Below, one piece after another: positions 38,604 through 49,868 of a DNA stretch of 64,000 nucleotides (the first letter of the stretch is position 1; every line of letters starts with the position of its first letter). The DNA comes from an uncultured Fidelibacterota bacterium. GTDB taxonomy: Bacteria; Fidelibacterota; Marinisomatia; Marinisomatales; UBA8229. Both the position numbers and the translations under genes were made by a program. The stretch covers positions 9,339 through 73,338 of the forward strand of contig CAJXJG010000001.1 in the NCBI GenBank assembly GCA_913054425.1. The letters run 5' to 3'. A model generated the notes under the pieces. That model was not told the DNA's origin and searched no databases. It was given only the letters and a program-made list of their open reading frames with translations.

Positions 38604-40937
38604 TTATAGCTTCTCACGTAACCCATTCGTCCACGCTTCTTTTGTTTCATTTACAGATATATTTATGACATTATTAATTTGAATTAAATCACCGCCTGTT
38701 TTTCCAATCTCAAAAACATCCAATTTATATTTTGAAAAGTTTTCTTTAATTGTTTCAACATTTTCAGAAGAAGATTCTAATACAAACCCCCCCGTTTCAG
38801 AAAATAACAATTTTTCCACTGAAAGATTACCAACAATTGTTACACCACACCCAACTCCCCTTTTGAATGTCATTTCCGCAAGAGCTGAAGCAATACCACC
38901 ATCGGAAATATCATGGCATGACAGCACCAAACTATCATCAATACAATCGGTTAAGGCAAAAATTTGAATTTTCACTTCTTCCAAAGCCGGCTTCGGAACA
39001 TTGGCGCCCATTTCACCATGAAGACTGTAATAAACGGATCCACCCAATTCGTTTTTCCGTTTGCCAATCATTATCAAAATAGAATCGGTTTTTTGGAAAT
39101 GCATAGGCACCACTTTATTTACATTTTTGAATCGACCCAAACAACTCACAATCGGACTTGGGGGAATTGCGCCACTTTTTGATTCATTATAAAAACTCAC
39201 ATTTCCTGCAATAATGGGGGTGGCATCATTTGGATTGTCTTTTAACGTAATGGTATGACACGCATCAGCTACACCGCGGACGCTTTCAGTAAACTCCCAC
39301 ATTTGATAGGGCTTTTCAGGATTCCCGAAACAGAGACAATCCGACAAAGCATGGGGCGTTGCCCCAACGGCGGCCACGTTCCGCATGGACTCCACCACAG
39401 CATTAATGCCGCCCCAATACGGATCAATAAGTCCGTACCTTGGATTGTGATCGGTGGAAAGAGCAACACCCACATTTCGAATTTCTTCCGGGTATTTTTC
39501 AGAATTAAAGGGCGCCATTACGCCGGAATCTGCCAAGCCGGTTTCCATATAAATCCGACCTTGGACCTGTTTATCATATTGTTCAAAAATGGGCTCGCGG
39601 CTCGCCATGTTTTCGTGGGATAAAATATTTAACAAAGTCTGGTTATAATCTGTCGGTTCAGGTAGAGCTGGTTCTACAAAATTTGATTCCCACGCTTCAA
39701 AAGGTCGATCGTATAAAAACCCTTCTGTTACTTCTTTTGCTTTCGCATTGACAATTTCTTCGTCGCCATTATGTACAATATATTGACCGTCATTTCTGAT
39801 TTTTCCAATGACAGACGCTCTGGCGCCTGTGCTCACACCGGGAAGGTCAAAGACATTATTATAATGGTCTAAAATCATGGGCGTTACTTCAGGTGAACAA
39901 ACCCACATAAATCGCTCTTGGGTTTCGCTGCAAAGATAAACGGACGGATGCAATCCTTCCATGCTGATATGAATTTTCTCCATCCACACTTCTGCACCGT
40001 AACCGGATGTTTCTGCTAATTCCACACTGGCGCAAGCCACGCCACCGGCACCCAAATCCTTAAAGCCGATTTTATTGATCAATCCTTTTTCTTTTAAGAT
40101 TTCAAAGAGAGCGTAGGATGACTTAAGTAAGTGCCGCCCCAAAAATGCGTTGGGCTCTTGAACGGCCCCTTTGTTTTGTTTCTTCTTTTTTTCTTCGAGC
40201 TCTAATGAAGCAAAGCTGGCGCCGCCGAACCCACTATTGTCGGTAGGTTTGCCCAGTAAAATTAAATCATATCCGTTTGCGTTTTTTGGTGCATAGGAAT
40301 GAATAATATCATTTTCCCGAACAATGCCAAGCGTCACCAGGGTCACTAAACAGTTTTCGTTATAGCCGTTGTGATAATATAAATCACCACCGACGTTTGG
40401 AATGCCCAGGGGATTTCCATAGCCGGCAACACCGGTCACCACGCCATCGTGAATCCATTTTGTTTTATTGTTTTTAATTTCACCAAAGCGGAATGAGTCG
40501 GTGACCGCAATGACCTCCGCACCCATACATAAAACATCCCGGACGTTGCCACCCACGCCAGTGGCGGCGCCTTCATAAGGTACAATTTGTGATGGATGAT
40601 TATGGGATTCATGGCTCATAACAATACACCAGCGATGCCCATCATTGTCTGTAGCAATTGCAACCACGCCCGCATCTTCTTTAGCGCCGAGAATCACATC
40701 AGGACCTTCGGTGGTAAATTGTTTTAAATGATTACGACTGCTTTTATAAGAGCAGTGTTCCGAACCTTGAATAGAAAACAGAATAAGTTCCGTCAAGGAA
40801 GGAGCCCGCCCCAGCATATCATTCTGAATTTTGCGTGCTTCATTAGTGGTGAGCGGAATATTTAATTCAGAAAGTTTGGCTTTAATGGCAGAATCGGACA
40901 GCCCATCAAAGTCTATTATTTCTAGGGTAAACGCCAT
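38604..40937 (-). CDS. purL: phosphoribosylformylglycinamidine synthase subunit PurL (small type)
   Basis: 777 aa with SHESHNHPSQIVPYEGAATGVGG and duplicated PurM-like domains. Confidence 0.96.
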   Translation of the reverse strand: MAFTLEIIDFDGLSDSAIKAKLSELNIPLTTNEARKIQNDMLGRAPSLTELILFSIQGSEHCSYKSSRNHLKQFTTEGPDVILGAKEDAGVVAIATDNDGHRWCIVMSHESHNHPSQIVPYEGAATGVGGNVRDVLCMGAEVIAVTDSFRFGEIKNNKTKWIHDGVVTGVAGYGNPLGIPNVGGDLYYHNGYNENCLVTLVTLGIVRENDIIHSYAPKNANGYDLILLGKPTDNSGFGGASFASLELEEKKKKQNKGAVQEPNAFLGRHLLKSSYALFEILKEKGLINKIGFKDLGAGGVACASVELAETSGYGAEVWMEKIHISMEGLHPSVYLCSETQERFMWVCSPEVTPMILDHYNNVFDLPGVSTGARASVIGKIRNDGQYIVHNGDEEIVNAKAKEVTEGFLYDRPFEAWESNFVEPALPEPTDYNQTLLNILSHENMASREPIFEQYDKQVQGRIYMETGLADSGVMAPFNSEKYPEEIRNVGVALSTDHNPRYGLIDPYWGGINAVVESMRNVAAVGATPHALSDCLCFGNPEKPYQMWEFTESVRGVADACHTITLKDNPNDATPIIAGNVSFYNESKSGAIPPSPIVSCLGRFKNVNKVVPMHFQKTDSILIMIGKRKNELGGSVYYSLHGEMGANVPKPALEEVKIQIFALTDCIDDSLVLSCHDISDGGIASALAEMTFKRGVGCGVTIVGNLSVEKLLFSETGGFVLESSSENVETIKENFSKYKLDVFEIGKTGGDLIQINNVINISVNETKEAWTNGLREKL

Positions 40938-40947
40938 GATTAAAAAA

Positions 40948-40998
40948 CTACAAAGGCACAGAGATCACAGAGTTTATATTTAAAATTTTTCTCTGTGG
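40948..40998 (-). repeat. purA-purL spacer member of the CCACAGAG family
   Basis: CTACAAAGGCACAGAG (40948-40963) lies 10 nt from the purL ATG, with an extra CACAGAG at 40966-40972. CTCTGTGG (40991-40998) lies 12 nt from the purA stop. Confidence 0.65.
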
Positions 40999-41010
40999 CG
41001 GCGTGGTAAA

Positions 41011-42339
<1,329 letters not shown>

Positions 42340-42427
42340 TTAATGTCACTTAAAAAAAAATATGGTTGGAAAGTTTACAATTGAGAAGCTGTCAGTTAAA
42401 AGAAAGAAAGCTATATTATGAAAATTA

Positions 42428-44980
42428 TTAATATCCCATATCCATGGTATCTCCGCCACCCTCACGCCCAAGTCCCTGCCTATTTTTTCTCTGATCCTCC
42501 TGTATCTTCCCAAAATTGTATTTGAAATTAAGAGTGAATGTGCGGGGATGGCGGGACATATTTACGTCGGTAAATTCATCTGCATAATAACCGGTATTAT
42601 CATAAAGAGGCTTCTCTATGTTCAATTGAAATCCGCCACTGTTGAAAAGATTGTTAATGCCGAAGGATACTGTCAATTTTCCTTCCAAAAAGGATTTTGA
42701 TATTCCACTGTTTGCCCACAAGGTACCCTTATCTCCAAACAGACTGCCCCCCGGCACTTTTATAGCCATATAATAAAAACCGAATTCATAATCGAATAGT
42801 TTGATAAATTTTTCCGGTAAGCTGATTCTGGAAAATATGTTGAAATGTTCCCGAGTACCAATGAGTTCATAGTTTTGGGAATCATCCTCCAGTTTTGATT
42901 GGCTGTATCCAGCGCCAACGATTTGTCCCATAACCATGGCAAACAGTTCAATACCGACTTTTGTGCCTAAATCTGCATTGTCGAAAGTAAGTATGTCTGC
43001 ATTCTCAAATCGGTCGTCATCCACCCATTCAATAATATCTTCAAGTTGATGGTAATACAGGTTTGTGTAGGCAAACCCCATGGGGATAGAGCTTTTAAAT
43101 GAAAGGTCATATTGTGTAGAATATTCTGGTTTTAGAAATGGATTTCCCATAAAGATAAACCTTTCGGAATATAAATCTCTTGGGAAAGGACGAATAGATC
43201 GTGACCCTCGACCATGACCGCCAGCCCCGGGGCGGTTTACCCGTTTGCTCATACCAAACTGAATGCTCTGCTTTTTATTCGGCAAATAGGTGAAATGTAA
43301 GTCAGGATAAATTGTCCGATAATCATCCTGAAGGGATTGATTCCCCAGGGAGTCTAGAATTTGAGCGTAAATAATTGAATCATTGTTTTGGGTAATAATT
43401 GAAGTAAATGAAATATTTTTACCCACATACTCAAGCCGGATACTGGGTTTAATACTGAAGGATGTGTTAAGCTTGTAATCATATTCTGCAAACACAGCAT
43501 GGATATTCCGTTTATAGCCAAAATTATTTGTTCCAGAAAATGGCTGGAAATTTTCATCTTCGGAATCAGTAAATATAAAGTCCATAAATTCGGTATTATT
43601 GTCGAATCTTCCGTCATATCCCAATTCAAATTTAGTGTCATTAGATAGGGGCCAGGTATATAGCAGGTTTATTTCTGATAAATTTATATTGCTGCTTAAA
43701 ATGGTCCTGTCAGTATATGTTGGATGAATCAATTCAACATACCCGGAGTCAATCTTTTGATTATTATAGAGAGAGAACGAAAATTTATGTTCTGGCCTGT
43801 CAAATGTTTTTATCATACCCAATCTACCGTTGATACTATAATTCCCCCCAAAATCAGCGTTTCGAGTGGCAACGGTCTCAATTATAGGTAAGGAGTATAA
43901 TTTATTTTCTGAAGAATTATGCTTATTTATGACATACCTGATTTCTCCATTGATTTCAAGAAATTCACCTAAAAAATAATCTGTGCCGAGTGTGAGGGAA
44001 TTCCCGGGGCGTTGGGAGTCAACATTTAAGTTGTAATGACTTGAAAAAGTAGGATCACCATTTAAATATTTTGTATCTACATTTCGATATCCCTTCATTG
44101 TCCTTATACGACTATTCAAATTCAGCGAAGAATATAAATTCCATCTTTCAGTTTTATAATTACCGTAGACAGTATAACCGTTCATTTTGTCGAAACTGTT
44201 AAATTTATTATGTTTACCATTAATTTTGATGCTTCCATTCAGCCCTTCGTATTTTCCTTTTTTTAAGATAATATTTATAATACCTGCCATTCCATCCGGG
44301 TCATATTTAGCAGAAGGAGAGGTAATTATCTCAACTTTATCAATTAAGGATGCAGGAATGTTATCAACCTTGTTCGCTTCAGCTCCAGTGCGATTGGGGC
44401 GTCCGTTTACCAATATTTTAACATTGGGATTGCCACGCAAAGAAATTTCCCCTTCCATGTCTACTGTTACCATGGGCACTTTATTTAACACATCTTCAGC
44501 AGTACCGCTGTCCGCGATAATATCATCAGATGAATTGTAAATCATTTTATCCGTTTTAAACTCAAATATTGGACGATCTTCTGTCACAGTGGCTCCCTCA
44601 AGCGGAATTAGGACTTGGATTAGTTTTACTATTCCTACGTTCTTTTTAATAGTACCCTGAAAGGACAGTTTAATTTTTTTTATAACCACCGGTGCATATC
44701 CCATGAATTCAACTTTAAGATCATAGTGCCCAGGCCTTATCTCCTGGATATAAAACCTCCCATCCTTATTGGTTACCCCCCCTGTTTCGATTTCTTTATT
44801 TTTTCTGATAACGGATATAGATGCATATTCAATGGGTTGATTGGTTAACGAATCAACCACTATACCAGAGATTTCACAGATTGCCGGAATTTTATCCCGG
44901 CTGTGATGTTGTCCGGAAAGGACAACCGGTATTGATAAAAGGAAGAATAATTGTATTAACAGTAATTTGTTTTGTACCAT
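42428..44980 (-). CDS. TonB-dependent receptor / outer-membrane beta-barrel protein with N-terminal carboxypeptidase-regulatory-like domain
   Basis: Signal peptide. CarboxypepD_reg-like segment (ISGIVVDSLTNQPIEYASISV...TNKDGRFYI...GHYDLKVEFMGY), then a plug-like region and a long alternating beta-strand pattern. 850 aa. Confidence 0.8.
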   Translation of the reverse strand: MVQNKLLLIQLFFLLSIPVVLSGQHHSRDKIPAICEISGIVVDSLTNQPIEYASISVIRKNKEIETGGVTNKDGRFYIQEIRPGHYDLKVEFMGYAPVVIKKIKLSFQGTIKKNVGIVKLIQVLIPLEGATVTEDRPIFEFKTDKMIYNSSDDIIADSGTAEDVLNKVPMVTVDMEGEISLRGNPNVKILVNGRPNRTGAEANKVDNIPASLIDKVEIITSPSAKYDPDGMAGIINIILKKGKYEGLNGSIKINGKHNKFNSFDKMNGYTVYGNYKTERWNLYSSLNLNSRIRTMKGYRNVDTKYLNGDPTFSSHYNLNVDSQRPGNSLTLGTDYFLGEFLEINGEIRYVINKHNSSENKLYSLPIIETVATRNADFGGNYSINGRLGMIKTFDRPEHKFSFSLYNNQKIDSGYVELIHPTYTDRTILSSNINLSEINLLYTWPLSNDTKFELGYDGRFDNNTEFMDFIFTDSEDENFQPFSGTNNFGYKRNIHAVFAEYDYKLNTSFSIKPSIRLEYVGKNISFTSIITQNNDSIIYAQILDSLGNQSLQDDYRTIYPDLHFTYLPNKKQSIQFGMSKRVNRPGAGGHGRGSRSIRPFPRDLYSERFIFMGNPFLKPEYSTQYDLSFKSSIPMGFAYTNLYYHQLEDIIEWVDDDRFENADILTFDNADLGTKVGIELFAMVMGQIVGAGYSQSKLEDDSQNYELIGTREHFNIFSRISLPEKFIKLFDYEFGFYYMAIKVPGGSLFGDKGTLWANSGISKSFLEGKLTVSFGINNLFNSGGFQLNIEKPLYDNTGYYADEFTDVNMSRHPRTFTLNFKYNFGKIQEDQRKNRQGLGREGGGDTMDMGY

Positions 44981-45188
44981 AAAATTTTTTGTTTCATAAA
45001 AATGATTAATAAAAAAATATTTTCAACCAGGTAAAAATACAGAATAATTTTATAATTGTAATTCAGAACTGTTTTTTCTGATGATTATGTATGTGGAGGT
45101 AAGTATTATTATCAGACAACTTTTCAGTGGGAAACTATTGAAAAAGAAAAAAGGAAACAAATTTAATATCTCATAAATTAATGGCACT

Positions 45189-47402
45189 ATGGAAGCGAAT
45201 CAACATATTGAACTCATTATAGAGGGTATGCATTGTGCTGGCTGTGTTTCGACGGTAGAAAAAGCACTTCAAAATGTAGCGGGTGTAAAATCTGTTTTAG
45301 TGAATTTAACCTTGGAAAAAGCGAAGATAGAGGGGGACGCGGACCCCGAGAAACTAATTGAGGCAGTGAAAGCAACCGGCTATGGTGTAAATCTTATTGA
45401 TCCTGGTGAAAAGGATTCCACAGAAAACCTTTCCCTGAAAACCGAGCAGCAAATTAGTACCGCAAGACATAATATAGTAATTGCATGGGGTTTAACTATT
45501 CCTGCGATGCTATGGATGTTTGTGGAGATGGTCTTTGGTGTTGCTTGGCCAACAGAAGATATATTCCATTTAGGGATGATTATTATGAGTGGCTTTGTTT
45601 TGTTCCTGCCCGGTAAAGAAACCATGAAAAGCGCTTGGTTATCCTCAATCCATCGCAATCCAAATATGGACGTGCTGATTGCCATGGGTTCTTTGGCTGC
45701 ACTCTCAACTGGTTTTTTAGGGTTTTATTTTCCTCTTCATTCATTTGCTGGAATTGCAGGAATGATTATGGCGTTTCATTTGACCGGTCGGTTTATAGAG
45801 ACCAGAGCACGGGGAAGGTCGTCGGAATCTATTCGCAAACTTATGGATTTGGAAGCAAAACAAGCTCTGGTGGTTGATGGATTGGGTGTGGAAACCGTGA
45901 TTGATGTACGCGATCTTAAAATAGGACAAGTAATGATTGTACGAGCGGGAGAAAATATTCCAACCGATGGAATAGTTGTTGGTAGCAGCTCTGCAGTTGA
46001 CGAATCCATGGTAACGGGCGAGTCACTTCCTGTAACCAAAGGTCCTAATGATGAAGTTATTGGAGGAACCATCAGCATTGATGGTACACTGAAGGTGGAG
46101 GTGACACGCGTTGGAAAAGAAACCTTTTTATCCCACGTTATTAAAATGGTGGAAACTGCCCAAAATACGAAAGTACCAATACAGATTTTTGCAGATAAGA
46201 TTGTTTCAGTTTTTGTCCCAATTATTTTAGGGTTTGCAGTATTGACGTTTATTGTGTGGTTAGTTTTTCCAGGCGCAATGAAATCTGCAGCGGAAATATT
46301 CGCTCCTTGGGTTCCCTGGTTGAATTTATCGCTAACTCCTGTGGAGTCGGCTCTTTTTGCCGCGATTGCTGTATTAGTAATTGCTTGCCCCTGTGCTCTT
46401 GGCTTAGCAACCCCTACTGCTCTTATGGTGGGGAGCGGGTTGGGGGCCGAAAACGGTATACTGATCAGGGATGGTGGAGCGATTCAGAGAATGAAGGAAA
46501 TCACTACAATTATGTTTGATAAAACAGGCACCTTGACAGATGGAAAGATGGAGGTTATAAAAATTAAAGTAACAGGTAAATATTCTGCAGATGAATTGCT
46601 CCAGCTTGCGGCTTCGGTTGAAAAAGAATCCACACACCCCTTAGCATGGGCAATTGTTCGTTTTGCAGAGAGAAAAGAAATCGCCTTAATTCCTACAAAA
46701 GACGTGAAAGTTGTTCCAGGACAAGGGGTCAGTGCTTTGGTAAACGGCAGGGAGATAAAAGTGGGGAATTCAAAATTTGTTTCTGCAAACAGCAATGAGA
46801 AAGCAAATCTGACAGTTGTTTATATTTCAGTGGATAGCACTGTATATGGTTTCATTGAATTTGTAGACAGTATAAAAAAAGATGCTATAGCAGCGATAAA
46901 TGAATTAAAACAAAGGGGAATACGTTGCGTTATGCTTACTGGGGACCGCAGTGAGGTTGCAGAATCTTTTGGAGAAATTTTCGGGATTACAGAGGTGCAC
47001 GCCGAAGTTCTTCCAGGCGAAAAAGCTGGGATTATTTCCCGCTATCAGGATCAAGGGGAAATCGTCGCAATGGTTGGAGATGGAATTAACGATGCTCCGG
47101 CACTGACGCAAGCAGACGTGGGCATTGCCTTGGGAACGGGGACGGATATTGCAATAGAATCTGGGGATATTGTGTTGGTGAAAGGAGATTTGGGTGGCGT
47201 TGTTCGTACAGCAATTCTAGCGGAAGCCACGTTTAAAAAAATTAAGCAAAATTTATTCTGGGCTTTTATATACAATGTAATTGCATTGCCCATGGCGTTT
47301 TTGGGATTGTTACATCCGATAATCGCTGAGGGAGCCATGGCTCTTTCCTCTATTAATGTTGTAGGGAACTCGAATCGATTAAGAAGAAAACACCTATCAT
47401 AA
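45189..47402 (+). CDS. copA: copper-translocating P1B-type ATPase
   Basis: N-terminal HMA domain GMHCAGC, transmembrane CPC motif (ACPCALGLATP), DKTGTLT phosphorylation site and GDGINDAP. Confidence 0.92.
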   Translation: MEANQHIELIIEGMHCAGCVSTVEKALQNVAGVKSVLVNLTLEKAKIEGDADPEKLIEAVKATGYGVNLIDPGEKDSTENLSLKTEQQISTARHNIVIAWGLTIPAMLWMFVEMVFGVAWPTEDIFHLGMIIMSGFVLFLPGKETMKSAWLSSIHRNPNMDVLIAMGSLAALSTGFLGFYFPLHSFAGIAGMIMAFHLTGRFIETRARGRSSESIRKLMDLEAKQALVVDGLGVETVIDVRDLKIGQVMIVRAGENIPTDGIVVGSSSAVDESMVTGESLPVTKGPNDEVIGGTISIDGTLKVEVTRVGKETFLSHVIKMVETAQNTKVPIQIFADKIVSVFVPIILGFAVLTFIVWLVFPGAMKSAAEIFAPWVPWLNLSLTPVESALFAAIAVLVIACPCALGLATPTALMVGSGLGAENGILIRDGGAIQRMKEITTIMFDKTGTLTDGKMEVIKIKVTGKYSADELLQLAASVEKESTHPLAWAIVRFAERKEIALIPTKDVKVVPGQGVSALVNGREIKVGNSKFVSANSNEKANLTVVYISVDSTVYGFIEFVDSIKKDAIAAINELKQRGIRCVMLTGDRSEVAESFGEIFGITEVHAEVLPGEKAGIISRYQDQGEIVAMVGDGINDAPALTQADVGIALGTGTDIAIESGDIVLVKGDLGGVVRTAILAEATFKKIKQNLFWAFIYNVIALPMAFLGLLHPIIAEGAMALSSINVVGNSNRLRRKHLS

Positions 47403-47526
47403 GCATTGTATAATCAATTAGTGTTACGCTGTATTTATTTCAAATTCAGGAGGGAGATGCTGTACAAACCCAAAAAATGATCTTGTTAAAATAGGAATTT
47501 TAGGGGGATAATATTGAGGGTGTTCT

Positions 47527-48228
47527 TTATTTTGTTCTTATCAGTGTCAAATATAACGCTGAGGAAATGCCCGTTGAGCTAAAGATCATACACATAACCA
47601 TGATTTGATATTTTACCGCTATGATTGGAGAAATACCGGACAATATCATTCCGGTCATGGTCCCTGGCAGGGAAACTAAACCAGCGGCCAGAAGAGAATT
47701 GGTAATGGGAATAAGAGAAGCGCTGAATGCAATGTTTCTCTGCTTTTCAAAGGATAATCCGTTTTCATTTTCATTTTCAAATCGTTCAGCTGCAAGACTA
47801 ATTGAATTCATGCAATTAGCAAAAACCATTCCCCCCAAAGGAATTAAAAAATTCGGATTATACCACGGATTGATATGAATAACGTGTTGTGTCACAATAT
47901 AAAGTGTAGTAGATCCTGAAAGAAAAATGGCTATAGTTGAAAATAAATAGTGGAAAGATTGTTTTTTCTTCAGGGGTCTGGGAGCAATATAACCCGCTAT
48001 TATAATCATGACAGTAAGGATCAGTAAAATGATGGCAGGATGGTTATTGTTAAAAATATATTTTAGACAATATCCGATAGCTATGAGTTGTATAAACATA
48101 CGGACATGTGCATAGATTACTATTGAATATTCTAACTGCCATTTAAAATATATATATATGACGATGCATACCGGAATAAGAATATAAATAAGATCAAAAT
48201 AAGAAATGGATTGGGTTGCTTCGGGCAT
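47527..48228 (-). CDS. fetB: FetB/YbbM-family (UPF0014) putative metal-export ABC permease
   Basis: Multi-TM, 233 aa. IQLIAIGYCLKYIF and GLVSLPGTMTGMILSGISPIIAVKYQIMV closely resemble the E. coli FetB blocks as I recall them. No partner ATPase gene is adjacent. Confidence 0.65.
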   Translation of the reverse strand: MPEATQSISYFDLIYILIPVCIVIYIYFKWQLEYSIVIYAHVRMFIQLIAIGYCLKYIFNNNHPAIILLILTVMIIIAGYIAPRPLKKKQSFHYLFSTIAIFLSGSTTLYIVTQHVIHINPWYNPNFLIPLGGMVFANCMNSISLAAERFENENENGLSFEKQRNIAFSASLIPITNSLLAAGLVSLPGTMTGMILSGISPIIAVKYQIMVMCMIFSSTGISSALYLTLIRTK

Positions 48229-48295
48229 GAATTAATATCTGTTTTAATAAGATTTTATTGAAGAAGAAGAAACCTCTTGTGGTTTTATTGCTAGA

Positions 48296-49351
48296 CTAAT
48301 AAGAGAAAATCTTGTTTAATAAAGGGATAAGGTCATCGTATGAAAGCCCCTGTCCCAGATAGAACTCCCCGCTTTTGTTTTGTAAAAGCAACTCACAGTG
48401 AAGGTGAGCATTGTCTCTGACACCCCTTGCTGATGGTTCTGTTCCTGAATTGCCGGACATTCCGATTAACTGTCCTCCTTCAACAATAACCCCTGGCCGG
48501 ATTGTGTCTTCGATATATGACAGATGTGCATAAATGGAAACAGCACGATACCCAGGGAGAAGACTGAATCCATGATCAATATAGACAGTTTGTCCAAGAA
48601 GAATATGTTCAAAAATATCTGAAGGTGTATATCCGGTTTTTTTTGTTTTATTAAGTAATGATTGACGGAATTCAGGTGAGATTTCACTATAGTTATGCTC
48701 TGCTCGAATGACAACACCGTCCGCCATAGCATTGATATTAGTTCCCCAATCAATATAAAAATCAATTCCTCTGTGAATTCCGTTTCGATAAGCCCTTGGA
48801 GCATTTGGTAAGAGTTTTGACAACTTTGGAACTAAGGCGCCACCGAAGGGTTTCATCAGCTTTATCAGATATAATTCTTCAATGGAGGGGAAAGTTGCTT
48901 TGTTGTTAAAAAGCAATGAGGTTTGAATGCGCCCGGGATTGGAATACCTGTTTATTATGGGTTTAACAATTTTTCTAATTGATGCTGTGTCCACAGCATA
49001 GTAAAGAATAGATGATTGTGCCGAAATTTTTGCGTCTTGCAATTTATAGTCTAGTGCCTTCGGGGGCAATGCGGACAAAATAATGCTTCGTACGGCGACT
49101 CTGAGCGAATCATCCAGAATAGAAGTTAACATATTTGATAATAGCGAACCTGGAGAAAGAGATGGTGGAGTTTCGGATGAAAATGGCCCTGTCGTTCCAG
49201 ATGAAACTATAACAGTCATATTGATTTTATCATTAGAGTAATAAATATCAGGTTGTTTAGACTTTTTGCTGATTGTAGGTTTTGGTTTATTGGCACAATC
49301 CCATAGAATTAATAATAGAGCCGGGCAGAGGAAGACACGAAAAGATGACAC
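48296..49351 (-). CDS. M23 family metallopeptidase (LytM-like)
   Basis: GTG start and a signal peptide. M23 motifs HRGIDF, VYIDHG, GMSGNSG and HLHCEL. Confidence 0.8.
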   Translation of the reverse strand: MSSFRVFLCPALLLILWDCANKPKPTISKKSKQPDIYYSNDKINMTVIVSSGTTGPFSSETPPSLSPGSLLSNMLTSILDDSLRVAVRSIILSALPPKALDYKLQDAKISAQSSILYYAVDTASIRKIVKPIINRYSNPGRIQTSLLFNNKATFPSIEELYLIKLMKPFGGALVPKLSKLLPNAPRAYRNGIHRGIDFYIDWGTNINAMADGVVIRAEHNYSEISPEFRQSLLNKTKKTGYTPSDIFEHILLGQTVYIDHGFSLLPGYRAVSIYAHLSYIEDTIRPGVIVEGGQLIGMSGNSGTEPSARGVRDNAHLHCELLLQNKSGEFYLGQGLSYDDLIPLLNKIFSY

Positions 49352-49361
49352 GATTTTTGGA

Positions 49362-49802
49362 TTAAAGAGTTTTCTGTATATGGCGAATTAAACGATCTAT
49401 TCCATAAGTAAATACTTCTTCGGGAAGACCTTCTATGGAATCAATACACATGTCAGTGAGTATAGAATCTTTTTTTCCGGTTCCCATAAAGAAGGTTCCC
49501 TCAAAAAATATTTCTACTACAGGAAGTTTAATTAACTGAAGTGTTTCTTTCAGGACATATTCAAATTTTGCCCATGCCATGGGTGCAATTAGAATTCCAT
49601 CGGTCCAGTTTCTATTTCTTTGTAGTGAGGTAACTACTTTTTCTATTTTGTTGGTCTGAAGAAATTTTAAGTTGATACTCTTGCTTTTTACTTGGATCCG
49701 AAGGTTTTTGTTTATTTTATCTAAAGTAATGTGTTTTCCAACCTGAGAAGATTTTTTACCCAAAAGATTAAGGTTAGGTCCCTGTATAATTAGAAGGTTC
49801 AT
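49362..49802 (-). CDS. type II 3-dehydroquinate dehydratase (AroQ)-like protein lacking recognised catalytic residues
   Basis: MNLLIIQGPNLNLLGKK, FLQTN, GILIAP and LPVVEI align colinearly with AroQ. The Arg/Tyr lid, the Asn of I-N-P-G, the His of the H-T-S block and the H-L-S/T-N...RE-F-R block are all substituted. Confidence 0.7.
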   Translation of the reverse strand: MNLLIIQGPNLNLLGKKSSQVGKHITLDKINKNLRIQVKSKSINLKFLQTNKIEKVVTSLQRNRNWTDGILIAPMAWAKFEYVLKETLQLIKLPVVEIFFEGTFFMGTGKKDSILTDMCIDSIEGLPEEVFTYGIDRLIRHIQKTL

Positions 49803-49868
49803 AGCTAGGAATGATTGTTTATGTTAGGTATGAATAAAAAAGAATAGATAAAATACATATTGTTCGGC

